NCBI GenBank assembly: GCA_963662335.2
Contig: CAXXVD010000002.1
Span: 704,001 to 768,000, forward strand
Direction of reading: 5' to 3'
DNA: 64,000 nucleotides
Source of the DNA: Chloroflexota bacterium
GTDB lineage: Bacteria > Chloroflexota > UBA11872 > VXOZ01
The position numbers and the translations under genes are program-made. Of this stretch, positions 37,758 to 46,822 are shown piece by piece. The notes under the pieces were generated by a model. That model worked only from the letters and a program-made list of their open reading frames with translations, made no database searches and had not been told where the DNA came from. Numbering within the stretch: the stretch's first letter is position 1; every line of letters begins with the position of its first letter.

Positions 37758-38630
37758 ATGCGCAGCACACAGCGGCCTTGGTGGGACCCAAGCGGCTGGA
37801 CGCAGCCGCGGGCGCTCCGGCGCGAGGAGTGGGCGACCGGCACGGACCTGGAGAGCATGCTGCTGGTGGGCGACCGGCGCATCCCGCTCATTGCCGGCTT
37901 CATCGCCGGCGCGGGCGTCTTTGCCGGCCTCTTCGCCGTCATCATGATCCTGATCGCCATCTGGCCGCTCATGGTGATGATCTTTACGTTCAATCTCGTT
38001 GGGTTCGTCTCCCTCGTTCTCTCTCACACCTTCGGCTGGGTTTCCATTCTCATGGCGCTCTGGCCGGCCTTGTTCGTCGGCGGCCTCCTGGGCACGGCCA
38101 AGGCGCGCCTCAACGTGCGCCGCGCGGAACGCCGCCTGCTCCCCGTGCCCCTGCACTCCGTCTGGGACTCCCTGCCCGGCATATTGCTCAGCGTCATCGG
38201 CGTGCCGCTGCTCTTCCTGGGACTGGCGTTTTGGAAAGAGATGCCCTTCATGGTCGGGTACCTCTTGATACCCTGGCTGCTCTCCGGCCTGGTCTACGAC
38301 CAGTACTGGAACGGCTGGTTCGCCGGCATGATGCAGTCGTGGGTGGGCTCGGCGGTCTGGTTCCGCCGGACGCACAGTCTCTCCTACGTGCTGCACAGCG
38401 ATAGCGACCTCTTTGGCTGCATCTTCGGCGATCTGGCCGTGAGCGCGGACGGGCACACGGCCCACATACAGGGGTGGTTCCAGACGACCGAGCAGGTGAA
38501 GCGGGCGCGCCAGGTCGCGCGCCGCGTGGTCGGCATCCGCCGCGTTGAAGTCGAAACGCTGCCGTGGGAGATGCGCGATGACATCTGGGACGAATACACC
38601 GCAACCGTCGACCAGTCTCTCGTAGTCTAA
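37758..38630 (+). CDS. multi-TM membrane protein with C-terminal BON-like domain (paralog 1)
   Basis: several hydrophobic segments; DGHTAHIQGWFQTTEQVKRARQVARRVVGIRRVEV. Confidence 0.7.
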   Translation: MRSTQRPWWDPSGWTQPRALRREEWATGTDLESMLLVGDRRIPLIAGFIAGAGVFAGLFAVIMILIAIWPLMVMIFTFNLVGFVSLVLSHTFGWVSILMALWPALFVGGLLGTAKARLNVRRAERRLLPVPLHSVWDSLPGILLSVIGVPLLFLGLAFWKEMPFMVGYLLIPWLLSGLVYDQYWNGWFAGMMQSWVGSAVWFRRTHSLSYVLHSDSDLFGCIFGDLAVSADGHTAHIQGWFQTTEQVKRARQVARRVVGIRRVEVETLPWEMRDDIWDEYTATVDQSLVV

Positions 38631-39652
38631 TGGCACAGCCAAACAGCTACGGAGGCGCCGGCGACGATAAGCGCTTCCTTTCGCGCCGCGAGATCATTTC
38701 CGCCACGGTAGCGGACGCCTTGGTGATGATCGCCGGCATCCGCGTCACGCTCCTGTCCGGCTTCATTGCCGGCGCGCTTGCGCCGATGGCGTTTATCATA
38801 CCGGTGGGGCTTGCCGTCGGCCTGTGGCCCATCTTCAATTCGTTCATGGTGGCGCTCATGGCCGGCGCGTTGCTCTTTGCGATCGTGCTCACGCCGCTGG
38901 TCATCGTCTCCGGCTTCTGGGAACGGCTGCGCGCGCTCAAGATCATCGAGATTGCCGCGGCGCTCATCATCCTCATCGTCGTCATCGTGGGCGTGCTTAC
39001 GGTCCGGACTGCCGACCCGCAAAACGCGATCACCCTCGGCACGCTCTTTTCCGGCCTACTCACGACCGTGGCGCTGACGCTCAATCTCATGCCCGTCATC
39101 ATCGCCGCGGGACTGCTGGGCGCGGTCATGGGACTCCTGCGCCGTCTCCAGGCCCACCGCGAAATCTATTGGCGCATCGTCATTGGGCCGATCGTCTCCG
39201 TCTACTTTGGCCCGCATCAAGTCCTGTCCGGCATTGCGGTGCCCGTGGGCATCGTTGCTGCGCTGGCCGCGGCCATCCCCAACGGCTATGCCTTCGCCTT
39301 GAGCGCGTTTCCCTTGTTGTTCTTCTCGGGCGTACTCTTTGGGATGTACTGGGATATCGTCCACAAGTTCGTCCTGGGCAAGATTACCGGGCGCGCGGCC
39401 TGGTTCCGCAAGAGCGTCGCGGTCGCCAAAGTGCTGGAAGATGACTCGTTCCTGTTTGGAATCCGCTTCGAGTCGGTGGCGGTTGACCCGGATACCGGCG
39501 TGGCGCAAATCCGCGCGGAGTTTCGCGACCCCGATCAGGTCTACCGCGCCCGCCAGGTCTGCCTGCGGGTTTCGGGCATTACCGAAGCCGAGGTAACGGA
39601 CACCAGCGATCCTGCGCAGCGCGCCGGCAAGGCCGGCGACTACTACTTTTGA
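38630..39652 (+). CDS. multi-TM membrane protein with C-terminal BON-like domain (paralog 2)
   Basis: TAATG coupling to paralog 1; DTGVAQIRAEFRDPDQVYRARQVCLRVSGITEAEV. Confidence 0.7.
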   Translation: MAQPNSYGGAGDDKRFLSRREIISATVADALVMIAGIRVTLLSGFIAGALAPMAFIIPVGLAVGLWPIFNSFMVALMAGALLFAIVLTPLVIVSGFWERLRALKIIEIAAALIILIVVIVGVLTVRTADPQNAITLGTLFSGLLTTVALTLNLMPVIIAAGLLGAVMGLLRRLQAHREIYWRIVIGPIVSVYFGPHQVLSGIAVPVGIVAALAAAIPNGYAFALSAFPLLFFSGVLFGMYWDIVHKFVLGKITGRAAWFRKSVAVAKVLEDDSFLFGIRFESVAVDPDTGVAQIRAEFRDPDQVYRARQVCLRVSGITEAEVTDTSDPAQRAGKAGDYYF

Positions 39653-39682
39653 GAGACGGAACGGCAGGCGGGAAGCAAACCC

Positions 39683-40519
39683 ATGCGCATCGACGCGCAC
39701 CAACACTACTGGAAGCTGAGCCGCGGCGACTACGGCTGGCTCACGCCGGACATGGGCGTGCTGTATCAAGACTATTTGCCCGCCGACCTGAAGCCCGCGC
39801 TCGACCGGCATTACATAGACAAGACGATTGTCGTGCAGGCCGCGCCGACCGTCGCTGAGACGGACTTCATGCTCTCGCTGGCCGCTGAAGACGAGACCGT
39901 GGGCGGCGTGGTCGGCTGGCTCGACATGGCCGACCCCGGCTTTCCGCGCCTGTTCGAGCGCTATCGCCGGAATCCCGCCTTCGTGGGCCTCCGCCCCATG
40001 CTGCACGACCTGGCCGACGACGCCTGGGTGACGCAACCGCTCGTGCTGGACAATCTCAGACTCCTGTCGGCGCACGACTTTCCCTTCGACTTCCTCGTGC
40101 GCCCCCAGCACCTGCCGCACGTGCTCCGGACGCTGGAACACGTGCCGCATATACGCGCGGTGATCGACCACATCGCCAAGCCGGAGATCGCGGCGAGGAA
40201 GTGGGAGCCGTGGGCGTCGTTGCTGGCGGAGATCGCGCGGCACGAGAACGTCTCCTGCAAGGTTTCAGGCATGGTGACCGAGGCCGACCACGCCCAGTGG
40301 ACGCCGGACGACCTGAAACCATATGTGGAACACACCCTTGCGTGCTTTGGGCCGGAGCGTCTGCTATACGGCAGCGACTGGCCGGTCTGCCTCCTGGCGG
40401 CGCGCTACGATGCCGTGATCGGCGCCTTGACGGAAATCCTCGCGCCGCTTCTGGATCAGGCGAACATGGCGCAGGTCTTCGGCGGCAACGCCGCGCGTTT
40501 CTACGGGATTAGCCCCTAG
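39683..40519 (+). CDS. amidohydrolase, L-fuconolactonase-like
   Basis: IDAHQHYW, VVQAA, VIDHIAKP, CKVSGMVTEA, YGSDWPV. Confidence 0.88.
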   Translation: MRIDAHQHYWKLSRGDYGWLTPDMGVLYQDYLPADLKPALDRHYIDKTIVVQAAPTVAETDFMLSLAAEDETVGGVVGWLDMADPGFPRLFERYRRNPAFVGLRPMLHDLADDAWVTQPLVLDNLRLLSAHDFPFDFLVRPQHLPHVLRTLEHVPHIRAVIDHIAKPEIAARKWEPWASLLAEIARHENVSCKVSGMVTEADHAQWTPDDLKPYVEHTLACFGPERLLYGSDWPVCLLAARYDAVIGALTEILAPLLDQANMAQVFGGNAARFYGISP

Positions 40520-40552
40520 GCTGGGGACTGCCAGGCAAGCGGCGCGCCTTTC

Positions 40553-40746
40553 CGTCATTCCCGCGCACGCGGGAATCCATCTTGAGCGCCCACGGAGAGG
40601 ATGGATTCCCGCGTGCGCGGGAATGACGGTCAGCAGCCGTCTCTGCGGTAATGACGGTCAGCAGCCGCTTTTGCGGTAATGACGGTCAACAACCGCCTTT
40701 GCGGTAATGACGGTCAGCAGCCGCCTTTGCGGGAGTGACCGTCAGC
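40553..40746. repeat. ATTCCC-N8-GGGAAT inverted pair followed by a 28-bp tandem repeat (four copies)
   Basis: attcccgcgcacgcgggaat and its inverse; unit aatgacggtcagcagccgcttttgcggt at 40622, 40650, 40678 and 40706. Confidence 0.85.
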
Positions 40747-40844
40747 CGGCCTGCCAGCGGCGCTGGTAGCATAGCAAAAGCCCGCAACGATGAATTTCCG
40801 CACATCGTTACGGGCTTTGTAGAGCTTCCGGTCGAACGGTGCCT

Positions 40845-41504
40845 TTACGCCATCGGATGCATCGAGAGCGCCAGCGACGACTCGATGTTCCAGACCACTT
40901 GCGAGACCGCCTGGCCGATCAGGTCCAGCTTGCGCACCTGTTCGATGCGCGCGGCCGCTTGCCTCAATTCCTGTTTGGAGAGCAGCGTGCGGAAGATGCC
41001 GCAGGCGTCCGCCAGTCCGATGATGACGATGTCGCGCGGGCCGGGGATCACGTCGCTGAAGAGCACTTCCATAATCCGCAGCTTCACTTCCCGTTCGGCC
41101 TTGCCGTCGATCACCGGGTACCGCCGCGCCCGAAACACCCAGAGGAAGCGATCGGCGCGGCTCTCCAGAATGCCGTGCGTGATGAGCCGCTTCATGGCTT
41201 TGTCGCGGATGGCGTAGGCGTTCTCAGCCGTGTGCTCGATCCAATGGGCGATGTCGTGGACGTCAGTCGATTCCGCGATGGCGGCCAGCGTTGGATCCAG
41301 CAAGTCGTCACCGATGGGCGTCGGATCCAGCAGCATGAGCCGCTTGGGGTCGGTATCGACCCGGTTCTCCAACGCAATGTCCATCAACACGGCGCCGGCC
41401 AGGGCATACCGCAGCGACCACTCCGGGATGTGTGCGAACTCCCCACTCTCATCATCGAGCAAGAGGAGCATGATTTCTTCGGCGAAACGCAACATTTTCC
41501 TCAT
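40845..41504 (-). CDS. GPP34 (GOLPH3/Vps74-like) family protein
   Basis: FAEEIMLLLLDDESG, LAGAVLMDIALENRV, FLWVFRARRYP. Confidence 0.85.
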   Translation of the reverse strand: MRKMLRFAEEIMLLLLDDESGEFAHIPEWSLRYALAGAVLMDIALENRVDTDPKRLMLLDPTPIGDDLLDPTLAAIAESTDVHDIAHWIEHTAENAYAIRDKAMKRLITHGILESRADRFLWVFRARRYPVIDGKAEREVKLRIMEVLFSDVIPGPRDIVIIGLADACGIFRTLLSKQELRQAAARIEQVRKLDLIGQAVSQVVWNIESSLALSMHPMA

Positions 41505-41703
41505 CCTTACCGTTCAGCGAACTCTAGACCTATCGTATTCGGTGACACGCGCCTTGTCAACACACACTCGCACAGATTGTACCTTAAAGCGCGGCCGCAG
41601 CCAGGCAGCGGGCGCGCTGGCATTTCCGTTTGGCATTTGGGTGCGCTATACTTGCGTCGATAGCGGGCACATGCGGAGAAGGCGTACACAAGGAGTGACG
41701 CGC

Positions 41704-43062
41704 GTGAGTACATCACTGCAAGCCGGCGCGGCCACGGCGAACATCACGCCCTGGCTGGGCATCGAAGTGCCGGGGAGCCATCGCACACGCTACGCCGCGG
41801 ACGTAGACGACGAACTCCTGGCGAAGGCGCTGGTAATCGACAACGGCGAGACCCGGCTGGCGCTGGTCACGTGCGACCTGATCGTGATGCCCCAGGGCAT
41901 GGCGGACGCCGCCAAAGAGCGCATCGCCGAACGCTGCGGCATTCCGCCTGAAAACGTCATGATCAACGCCACCCATACGCATACCGCGGCCGGCATCGCC
42001 GACCTGCTCGGCACCAACGAGGACGCAGAGTACGTCGCCTGGGCGCCGCTGAAGATTGCCGACGCCGTGGCGGTGGCTACCCAGCGCATGGAGCCCGCCC
42101 GCGTCGGCTTTGCCACGGCCCACGAGGACCGCATCTCGTTCAATCGCCGCTGGCACATGCGCGACGGCACCGTGCGCATGAACCCGGGCGCGGACAATCC
42201 CGACAAGGTCAAGCCCACCTACCCGATCGACCCCGAAGTCACCATGCTCTACGTGGAAGGGGCCGGCGGCCGGCCCATCGCGGCCGTTTCCAATTTCGTG
42301 CTGCACTACGTGGGCACCGACAACGGCCTGGCCATCTCCGCGGACTACTTTGGGCATTTCCACCGGCTTATCCAACGCTACCTCGACCCCCAGTGCGTTG
42401 GCATGCTCTGGAACGGAACGTCGGGCGACATCAACAACCAAGACTACAGCGGCCAGCGCAAATGGACCGCCAGCGGCCATAAGCAAGCCATCAAGATGGC
42501 GAACGTGCTCGCCGGCCATCTCATCACCGAGATTCAACTGATGGAGATGCACGATACGCTCGAAATGGGCGCGGCGGTGGACACGTTCGACTTCCAACGC
42601 AAAGACATCACGGCGGAAGACCTGGCCATGGCGGAAAAGATCCTGGCCGTGCCGCCGGGCACCTACACCGATTACGATTCCGGGCCGTTTAGCTGGGTGG
42701 TCGGCCAAACGCTGCCGCATGGCCTTTCGGATGTCTATGCCGCCGAGTGCCAGCGCCTGGCGGAGATGCCGCTGACCCACACCGCGCCGGTGCAGGCGCT
42801 GCGGCTCGGCGACGCGGCGATCGTCGCGCTGCCCGGCGAGATCTTCGTGGAGTTCGGCCTGGACATTAAGGCGCAGTCGCCGGCCGCGCCGCAGTTCGTC
42901 GTAAGCCTGGCCAACGGCTACATCGGCTACGTCTGCACGGACAAAGCCCTGACCGAGCACGGCGGCTACGAGACCTGGGCCGGCTATTCGTCCCTGGGCG
43001 GCGTGGGCACCGGGCCGGCAATGCAGCAATGCGCGCTGGACGTGCTCGGCCGGCTGTTCTAA
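41704..43062 (+). CDS. neutral/alkaline ceramidase-like hydrolase
   Basis: ANITP, LLAKALV, INATHTH, FNRR, ISADY, PGEIF, LANGYIGY, GGYE. Confidence 0.8.
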   Translation: MSTSLQAGAATANITPWLGIEVPGSHRTRYAADVDDELLAKALVIDNGETRLALVTCDLIVMPQGMADAAKERIAERCGIPPENVMINATHTHTAAGIADLLGTNEDAEYVAWAPLKIADAVAVATQRMEPARVGFATAHEDRISFNRRWHMRDGTVRMNPGADNPDKVKPTYPIDPEVTMLYVEGAGGRPIAAVSNFVLHYVGTDNGLAISADYFGHFHRLIQRYLDPQCVGMLWNGTSGDINNQDYSGQRKWTASGHKQAIKMANVLAGHLITEIQLMEMHDTLEMGAAVDTFDFQRKDITAEDLAMAEKILAVPPGTYTDYDSGPFSWVVGQTLPHGLSDVYAAECQRLAEMPLTHTAPVQALRLGDAAIVALPGEIFVEFGLDIKAQSPAAPQFVVSLANGYIGYVCTDKALTEHGGYETWAGYSSLGGVGTGPAMQQCALDVLGRLF

Positions 43063-43149
43063 GCGTGCGGGTGCGCGCCTTCTGTCCCCTCTCCCCGACG
43101 GAGAGGGCGAGGGTGAAGGGTAATGCTGTCACATCGAACAGAGAGACGG

Positions 43150-43535
43150 CAAAACCAGCGTCCGAGACTTCTGGTAGCGCAGGTTTGTAACCTGCGAAGT
43201 TGTTAGGTCATTGCTTTGCAGGTTAGTACTAATGGCCTCGGCGGGGGACAAGCCCCATTGCTGTCGCATTAAACAGGGAGGCAGCAAAACCAGCGTCCGA
43301 GACTTCTGGTAGCGCAGGTTTGTAACCTGCGAAGTTGTTAGGTCAATCCTTTGCAGGTTAGTTCTAATGGCCTCGGCGGGGGAGAAGCCCCATTGCTGTC
43401 GCATTAAACAGGGAGGCAGCAAAACTCGCGACCAAGATCTCCGGTAGCGCAGGTTTGTAACCTGCGAAGTTGTTAGGTCAATCCTTTGCAGGTTAGTTCT
43501 AATGGCCTCGGCGGGGGACAAGCCCCCGCGCTACG
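43150..43535. repeat. 135-bp tandem triplication of a composite REP-like unit
   Basis: ggtagcgcaggtttgtaacctgcgaagttgttaggtca at 43173, 43308 and 43443, each followed by ggcggggga(c/g)aagcccc. Confidence 0.9.
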
Positions 43536-43602
43536 TTAATGCGACAACATTAGGGTGAGGGCCACACTCGCTGTCAAGCTAGGCAAAGAGGAGCACGCAA
43601 GC

Positions 43603-44691
43603 ATGAGCGAAAGCAAAATTCGCATCGCCGTCATTGGCTGCGGCGGCATCAGCACCGGCCACATCAACGCCTACGCCCGCATGAGCGAAGCCTGCGAGTT
43701 GGCCTACTGCGTGGACGTGGACGAGGAGAAAGCGAAGGCCGAGGCCGAGCGCACCGGCGCCAGGTGGGCCACGGACTATCTTTCGGTCCTCGATGAAGTG
43801 GACGCCGTGGACATCTGCACACCGCCCCATCTCCACGCCGAGATGAGCCTGGCCGCCATGCGCCGCGGCAAGCACGTGCTCACCGAAAAGGTCATGGCCA
43901 CCACGCTGGAAGACGCCGACGAGATGATCCGCGTGGCCGACGAGCAGAACGTCAAGCTCATGGTGGCCTACGTCACGCGCTACCAACCCATCTGGCAGAA
44001 GCTCAACCAACTGGTTGCCGGCGGCGACTACGGCCAGCCCTACATGGCGCAGGTGCGCACGGAAGACAACATGGCGAATCCCGCCGGCTGGCGCAAGTCG
44101 TGGAAGACCTTTCCCATGGGCTGCCTGCTCAGCCACGGCTGCCACTACGTCGACCAGATGATCTGGAACATGGGCGACGTCGTGCAAGCCACGTGCCTGA
44201 GCGACGACCGCTTTCGCAAGGAAACCCTGGGCCGCGAGGATACCGCCGTTTCCATCTACCGCTTTGCCAGCGGCGCGTTGGGCAACTACGTGGCGTCCTG
44301 GGGCACCAAGCACAGCGATTGCCACCTGCGCTTCGCGATCTACCTGGAGGGCGGGGAGCTAATTCTCAGCTACGACCCGGACGGCGTCCGCCGCCTGAAC
44401 CTCTGGCAAGCGGGCGATAAGGAAGGCACGCTGCTCGTGGAGGACGACCCCAGCAAGGCCGACCTGATGGACGCCTTCAGCGCCCGCAAGAACTTTGCCG
44501 GCGAGTGCGAGCACTTCATCGACTGCATCGTGAACGACAAGACGCCGCTTACCGACGGCGTGGAGTCCAAGAAGTCGATGGAAGCCATCATCGCCGCCTA
44601 CCACGGCGAGGACTACGGCATGATCGCCGACCTGCCCCTGGAAAACGTGCGGCCGCAGATGGTCTGGCGCAGGACGGACGAGGTCTGGTAG
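43603..44691 (+). CDS. Gfo/Idh/MocA family oxidoreductase
   Basis: VIGCGGIS, ICTPPHLH, GKHVLTEK, GCHYVD. Confidence 0.92.
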   Translation: MSESKIRIAVIGCGGISTGHINAYARMSEACELAYCVDVDEEKAKAEAERTGARWATDYLSVLDEVDAVDICTPPHLHAEMSLAAMRRGKHVLTEKVMATTLEDADEMIRVADEQNVKLMVAYVTRYQPIWQKLNQLVAGGDYGQPYMAQVRTEDNMANPAGWRKSWKTFPMGCLLSHGCHYVDQMIWNMGDVVQATCLSDDRFRKETLGREDTAVSIYRFASGALGNYVASWGTKHSDCHLRFAIYLEGGELILSYDPDGVRRLNLWQAGDKEGTLLVEDDPSKADLMDAFSARKNFAGECEHFIDCIVNDKTPLTDGVESKKSMEAIIAAYHGEDYGMIADLPLENVRPQMVWRRTDEVW

Positions 44692-44745
44692 CCCACGAAG
44701 CGCGCTAGCGGCGGTTCGCGAGGCCCGCCGCCAAAGAGCATTGCC

Positions 44746-44783
44746 AACGGGTAGGGGCACGACATGTCGTGCCCCTACCCGTT
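44746..44783. repeat. GTAG-type REP-like palindrome
   Basis: aacgggtaggggcacgacatgtcgtgcccctacccgtt. Confidence 0.85.
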
Positions 44784-44930
44784 TGACAATTCCAGGCCAA
44801 AGTGGACTTGAATGCCCAAAGAGATGCTATCTTGCCGTGCGGCGCGTGCCCGGTAACATTTGACAACCACCCCAAAGCAACAGCAGAATGACACGAGACG
44901 ATTAACGCTTGTGCGAGAAAGGGGCCACTT

Positions 44931-46493
44931 ATGGGTGAGATAGCGGGATTGAGCCTATGGTTCATCATCGTCTCGATCATCTACGTGCTTGTGCTGATCG
45001 GCATCGCCATCCACCGCTACAGTCAACGGCAAGAGATGGCGGATCACGTGCTCGGCGGCAGGCGGATGGGCCCCATTTCCTCGGGCATTAGCGCCGGTTC
45101 GTCATTGGAACGCGGGTGGGCGCTGTTCATCCTGCCCGCCGTCGCCTTCGAAGCCGGGTTCGCGGCGCTGGGTGTCGGGCTGGCCGTCGTGATTGGCATC
45201 TGGGGCGCTTGGAAAGTCATCGCCCCCCGGCTCTACCGTTTCACCATCGCGGCCCAAAACGCCCTCACCATCCCGGACTTCCTGGAGCAGCGCTTCAACG
45301 AGAAGACCGGTCTCCTGCGGTCGGCGGCGGCGCTCTTTACGGTCATCTTCGTTTCCTTCTACGTCAGCGCAGGTCTGATTGCCGGCGGCAATCTGCTCCA
45401 TTCCGTGCTTGGCCTCGACTTCCGCGTAGGAGGAACGATAACGCTCCTGGTTGTGCTGTCGTACATCTTCCTGGGCGGCTACGTCGTGGTTGTCAGGACA
45501 GACGTCTTCCAGGGCCTCCTGATGGTCGGCGGCGTCTTCATCATGTCGTTCGCGATGTTCTTCGCCGCGAATAACACCCTCGAAAGCCTGGGCGGCGCTT
45601 TCAGTGATGCCGTGGATCTGTTTACCGGCGGTGACAGTGCGGAAATTGGCCTGCCGGAGGCCGCGAGCATTCCGATTATCATCGTTTCCCTGCTGATGAT
45701 GGTCGCCTGGGCGCAGGGCGCGTTTGGCGCGCAGCGGCTGATGCAGCGCTTCATGGCGGTGGAGAGTGAGGCGGCGATGCCGGGCAGCCGCAGGATTAGC
45801 ACCGCGTGGATGTTCGTCCTCTTGGCTGCGAGCATCGTGCTTGGTCTGGTGGCCAACGCCGCCTTTGCGCAGGAGGGCATAGACGTCGACCTCGCCATGG
45901 ACGAGGGCCGGCACAAGGGCATTCACCTCTTCTTCCTGGCCGCCGACACCTTCTTGCCTCCGATTCTCGGCGCACTGGGTTTGAGCGCCGTTACCGCCGC
46001 CGTCATGAGCACCATGGACTCGCAGTTGCTCCTGGCTTCGGGTGTCGCCACCTCTGACTTGCCGCTCATTCGGGGCTTTGCCAACCGCAGGCGCTTCGAG
46101 TACGCGTGGGGCGCTTACGCCAGGGTCTGGATCGGCCGTTTCATGCTGGTCGTCATCGGCCTCATCTCATTGCTCCTGGCCTTGACGATCCCCAACTCCG
46201 TCTGGGATATGATCTCGTATGCCTGGCTGGGCATGGGCGGGACTTTCGGGCCGCTCATCGTGCTGGCGTTGTATTGGCGGCGGTTCAACGTCTGGGGCGC
46301 GTGGGCGGCGCTGCTCGCGGGCGGGGTTACGTCCATTGTCTTCGCGGCGTTGGACATGCCTGTCATATTGCTCGCCGTCGCCATGCTCGCCGTTGGGCCT
46401 CTTGCCGTCGTCGTGAGCCTGCTCACCGGCAAGCCCTCCGGCCAGGTCGTCGCGCTCTTCGACCGGTTGCTTGGCAAGTCTGAAGCCGGTTGA
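44931..46493 (+). CDS. sodium:solute symporter (PutP-like), paralog 1
   Basis: LGGRRMGP, ALTIPDFLEQRF, RTDVFQG, QRFMA, AAVMSTMDSQLL, LYWRR. Confidence 0.88.
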   Translation: MGEIAGLSLWFIIVSIIYVLVLIGIAIHRYSQRQEMADHVLGGRRMGPISSGISAGSSLERGWALFILPAVAFEAGFAALGVGLAVVIGIWGAWKVIAPRLYRFTIAAQNALTIPDFLEQRFNEKTGLLRSAAALFTVIFVSFYVSAGLIAGGNLLHSVLGLDFRVGGTITLLVVLSYIFLGGYVVVVRTDVFQGLLMVGGVFIMSFAMFFAANNTLESLGGAFSDAVDLFTGGDSAEIGLPEAASIPIIIVSLLMMVAWAQGAFGAQRLMQRFMAVESEAAMPGSRRISTAWMFVLLAASIVLGLVANAAFAQEGIDVDLAMDEGRHKGIHLFFLAADTFLPPILGALGLSAVTAAVMSTMDSQLLLASGVATSDLPLIRGFANRRRFEYAWGAYARVWIGRFMLVVIGLISLLLALTIPNSVWDMISYAWLGMGGTFGPLIVLALYWRRFNVWGAWAALLAGGVTSIVFAALDMPVILLAVAMLAVGPLAVVVSLLTGKPSGQVVALFDRLLGKSEAG

Positions 46494-46621
46494 GACCCGA
46501 GACAATATCGCGGTCCGCCGCTGGCGCGCACCAGCGCGCTCTCGCGTAGCGGGTAGCCGGCCGCGCGCCGGCCGCTCCGGCGCGGTAGGGGCGGTTCGCG
46601 AACCACAGTTGTCGCATTAGC

Positions 46622-46713
46622 GTAGCGCGGGGGCTTGTCCCCCGCCGGAGCCATTCAAACTGGCGCGACAAGGATTGACCTTACAGGTTCGCAGGTTACA
46701 AACCTGCGCTACC
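46622..46713. repeat. composite REP-like unit (inverted relative to the 43150-43535 unit)
   Basis: gtagcgcgggggcttgtcccccgcc ... cgcaggttacaaacctgcgctacc. Confidence 0.75.
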
Positions 46714-46822
46714 GGAGATGTGAGGCATGGTTCGCATCGCCATTTGAGTTTAGTGCGACAGCATTGGTTTGCGAACCGCCCTTACACCGAGATTGAGGGA
46801 GCCTCCCTTGGGCGATAGCGCC

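Noticed and set aside
43129-43521. 130-aa repeat ORF as a real gene
   Set aside because: It is made entirely of triplicated palindromic repeat DNA and has no clear RBS, so it is annotated as a repeat.
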